Assembly (NCBI GenBank): GCA_905201305.1
Contig: CAJKNS010000001.1
Span: 1 to 42,325, forward strand
Length of the DNA: 42,325 nucleotides
Direction: 5' to 3'
DNA from: an uncultured Eubacteriales bacterium
GTDB taxonomy: Bacteria; Bacillota; Clostridia; Oscillospirales; Oscillospiraceae
Below, one piece after another: positions 40,926-42,325 of this stretch. The translations under genes and the position numbers were made by a program. The notes under the pieces are model-generated. The model saw nothing but the letters and a program-made list of their open reading frames with translations. It was not told the origin of the DNA and did not search any database. Position 1 is the stretch's first letter; the number at the start of each line of letters is the position of its first letter.

Positions 40926-41112
40926 GTCGCTAAAGTGCCAAGAAGGGCTTCCATATCCGGTACAAGCCTTTTTTTGCTATGCGCTGGTTCTGTCCGCGAA
41001 AGACAATAGAATACCTCCGTCATTCAAAGAAAATGCGAATTGCAGCAGATTTTCTGACATGCTATGATGAAATTATAACAGGAAAGTATGATAAGGAAAG
41101 GAGTGACGCTGC

Positions 41113-42325
41113 ATGGAGGAACAGCAGCTCAGGGAAGAGCTCCAGCGCATTCTGCCCCCCTTTGAGGAGTCGATCTATTCCGACTGTCTGGACAATCAGG
41201 ATGTGTTCGGCAGAGTACAGCGGCTCATTGACAATGCAAGCCGTCTCCCCAAAGCCTATGTGCTCCAGCGTATGGGGCAGTTCACCTCCCCCCTGTGCGC
41301 GGTAGCAGTGGTGCGGGTAGAGGATCGCTCTCAGCACCGATATGACAAGCTCCATCGTGCGCTGTCCGAGGGGACCTCCGGGGATTATCTCCGCAAACGT
41401 CTGCTGGAAACCATGAATGACCTGTCCCAGGTGCTGTTTGTACATAAAAATGGCGATCTGGTTATGATGATCGACTACTGCGGCAGCAGCCGGAGCGATG
41501 GCTTGATGGAGGAAACCGGACGGCGGCTGACCCATATGGTCATGACAACGGAAGCGCAGACAGACATGCCCCTGCGGATTACCCTAAGTCAGGTGTTTGA
41601 CGGTCTGGAGCAGCTGCCCCGTGCCTATGAGCAGGCGTGCCGACTCCAGGATTATACCATGCTGTTTTCTGAGGAGACACAGGTGTTTACCATGGGCGAC
41701 TTTCTCAGCAGCCGCCATCGGGTGCTCAACACCGTTCCGCCGGAGGAGGTGCTGGGACGCTATCTGTCGCTGCTGGTATCCGGGGATTATGACGGTGCCT
41801 GCGAGCTGATGCTGATGATGGTCACGAACTATGCCATGGTAGATCTATATCATCCTGCTACCATTCGGCAGTATACCGATCAGCTTTTGATGCTGGCAAG
41901 TGCGGTGTGCCATCCACCGCGGGTGGAGATTTTGCCTCATCGGCAGCAGCTGGAGGACATTGAGACAATTCAAAGCGATATTATCGAATACTTTACCCGG
42001 CTGGTTCAGACCCAGGAGCACGAGGAGCCGACCATGGCGGATCGTCTGGCGGAGTATATCCAGCAGCACTATGCGGACAGCAGCCTTGATGTCTCGGCAC
42101 TGAGTCGGGCGTTTTCTATCAACCTCTCCTATATGTCCAGAATTTTTAAGCGGGATATGGGTGTGTCGCCGCTGATGTACCTGCAATCTGTTCGGGTCCG
42201 TGCGGCAAAGGAGCTGCTGCTGGACCCCAGGCTGAAAATCGGCGAGATCGGAGAACAGGTGGGCTACGCGGACACGGCGCATTTTGCCAGAACCTTCAAA
42301 AAGCAGGAGGGCATGAGCGCCAACG
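41113..42325 (+). CDS. AraC family transcriptional regulator, 3' end beyond the window; paralog-like architecture to 17039-18232
   Basis: This gene is not in the ORF track because there is no stop in the window. AAGGAAAGGAG lies 9 nt upstream of ATG 41113 (MEEQQLREELQRILPPFEESIYSD...). The C-terminal part ..LAEYIQQHYADSSLDVSALSRAFSINLSYMSRIFKRDMGVSPLMYLQSVRVRAAKELLLDPRLKIGEIGEQVGYADTAHFARTFKKQEGMSAN is AraC HTH. Confidence 0.8.
   Translation, partial: MEEQQLREELQRILPPFEESIYSDCLDNQDVFGRVQRLIDNASRLPKAYVLQRMGQFTSPLCAVAVVRVEDRSQHRYDKLHRALSEGTSGDYLRKRLLETMNDLSQVLFVHKNGDLVMMIDYCGSSRSDGLMEETGRRLTHMVMTTEAQTDMPLRITLSQVFDGLEQLPRAYEQACRLQDYTMLFSEETQVFTMGDFLSSRHRVLNTVPPEEVLGRYLSLLVSGDYDGACELMLMMVTNYAMVDLYHPATIRQYTDQLLMLASAVCHPPRVEILPHRQQLEDIETIQSDIIEYFTRLVQTQEHEEPTMADRLAEYIQQHYADSSLDVSALSRAFSINLSYMSRIFKRDMGVSPLMYLQSVRVRAAKELLLDPRLKIGEIGEQVGYADTAHFARTFKKQEGMSAN

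Overview
This 42.3-kb chromosomal window looks like it comes from a Gram-positive anaerobe. The evidence is strong AGGAGG Shine-Dalgarno sites, lipoprotein solute-binding proteins and an SLH-anchored surface protein; this taxonomic call is inference only.

Left third: a partial hypothetical gene, an 840-aa beta-helix-like protein, a frameshifted S9 serine peptidase, an amidohydrolase, and a 1973-aa SLH-anchored BspA-type leucine-rich-repeat surface protein.

The remaining ~30 kb is dominated by an iterated module that I cannot match to any described system.
- Each module has a large family-1 solute-binding lipoprotein (SBP). There are 5 copies: 3 intact, 1 truncated at the 3' end, 1 decayed. 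None has an adjacent ABC importer permease or ATPase.
- The intact SBP genes directly abut 1-3 tandem NTF2/SnoaL-like paralogs (7 copies). Adjacent members of the two triads overlap start/stop codons. All carry a Pro-rich tail ending in a conserved PxPY[EDA][TS][WFL] motif.
- Each module has its own one-component regulator (2 AraC, 3 LysR).
- The central modules also carry two SDR oxidoreductases and an FAD flavoprotein.

Between modules C and D sits a TetR / streptothricin-acetyltransferase-like GNAT / ABC-2 exporter cassette, followed by decayed membrane and ABC-exporter genes.

I saw no rRNA, tRNA, CRISPR array, transposase or integrase. All family assignments come from motif recognition by eye; no searches were run.
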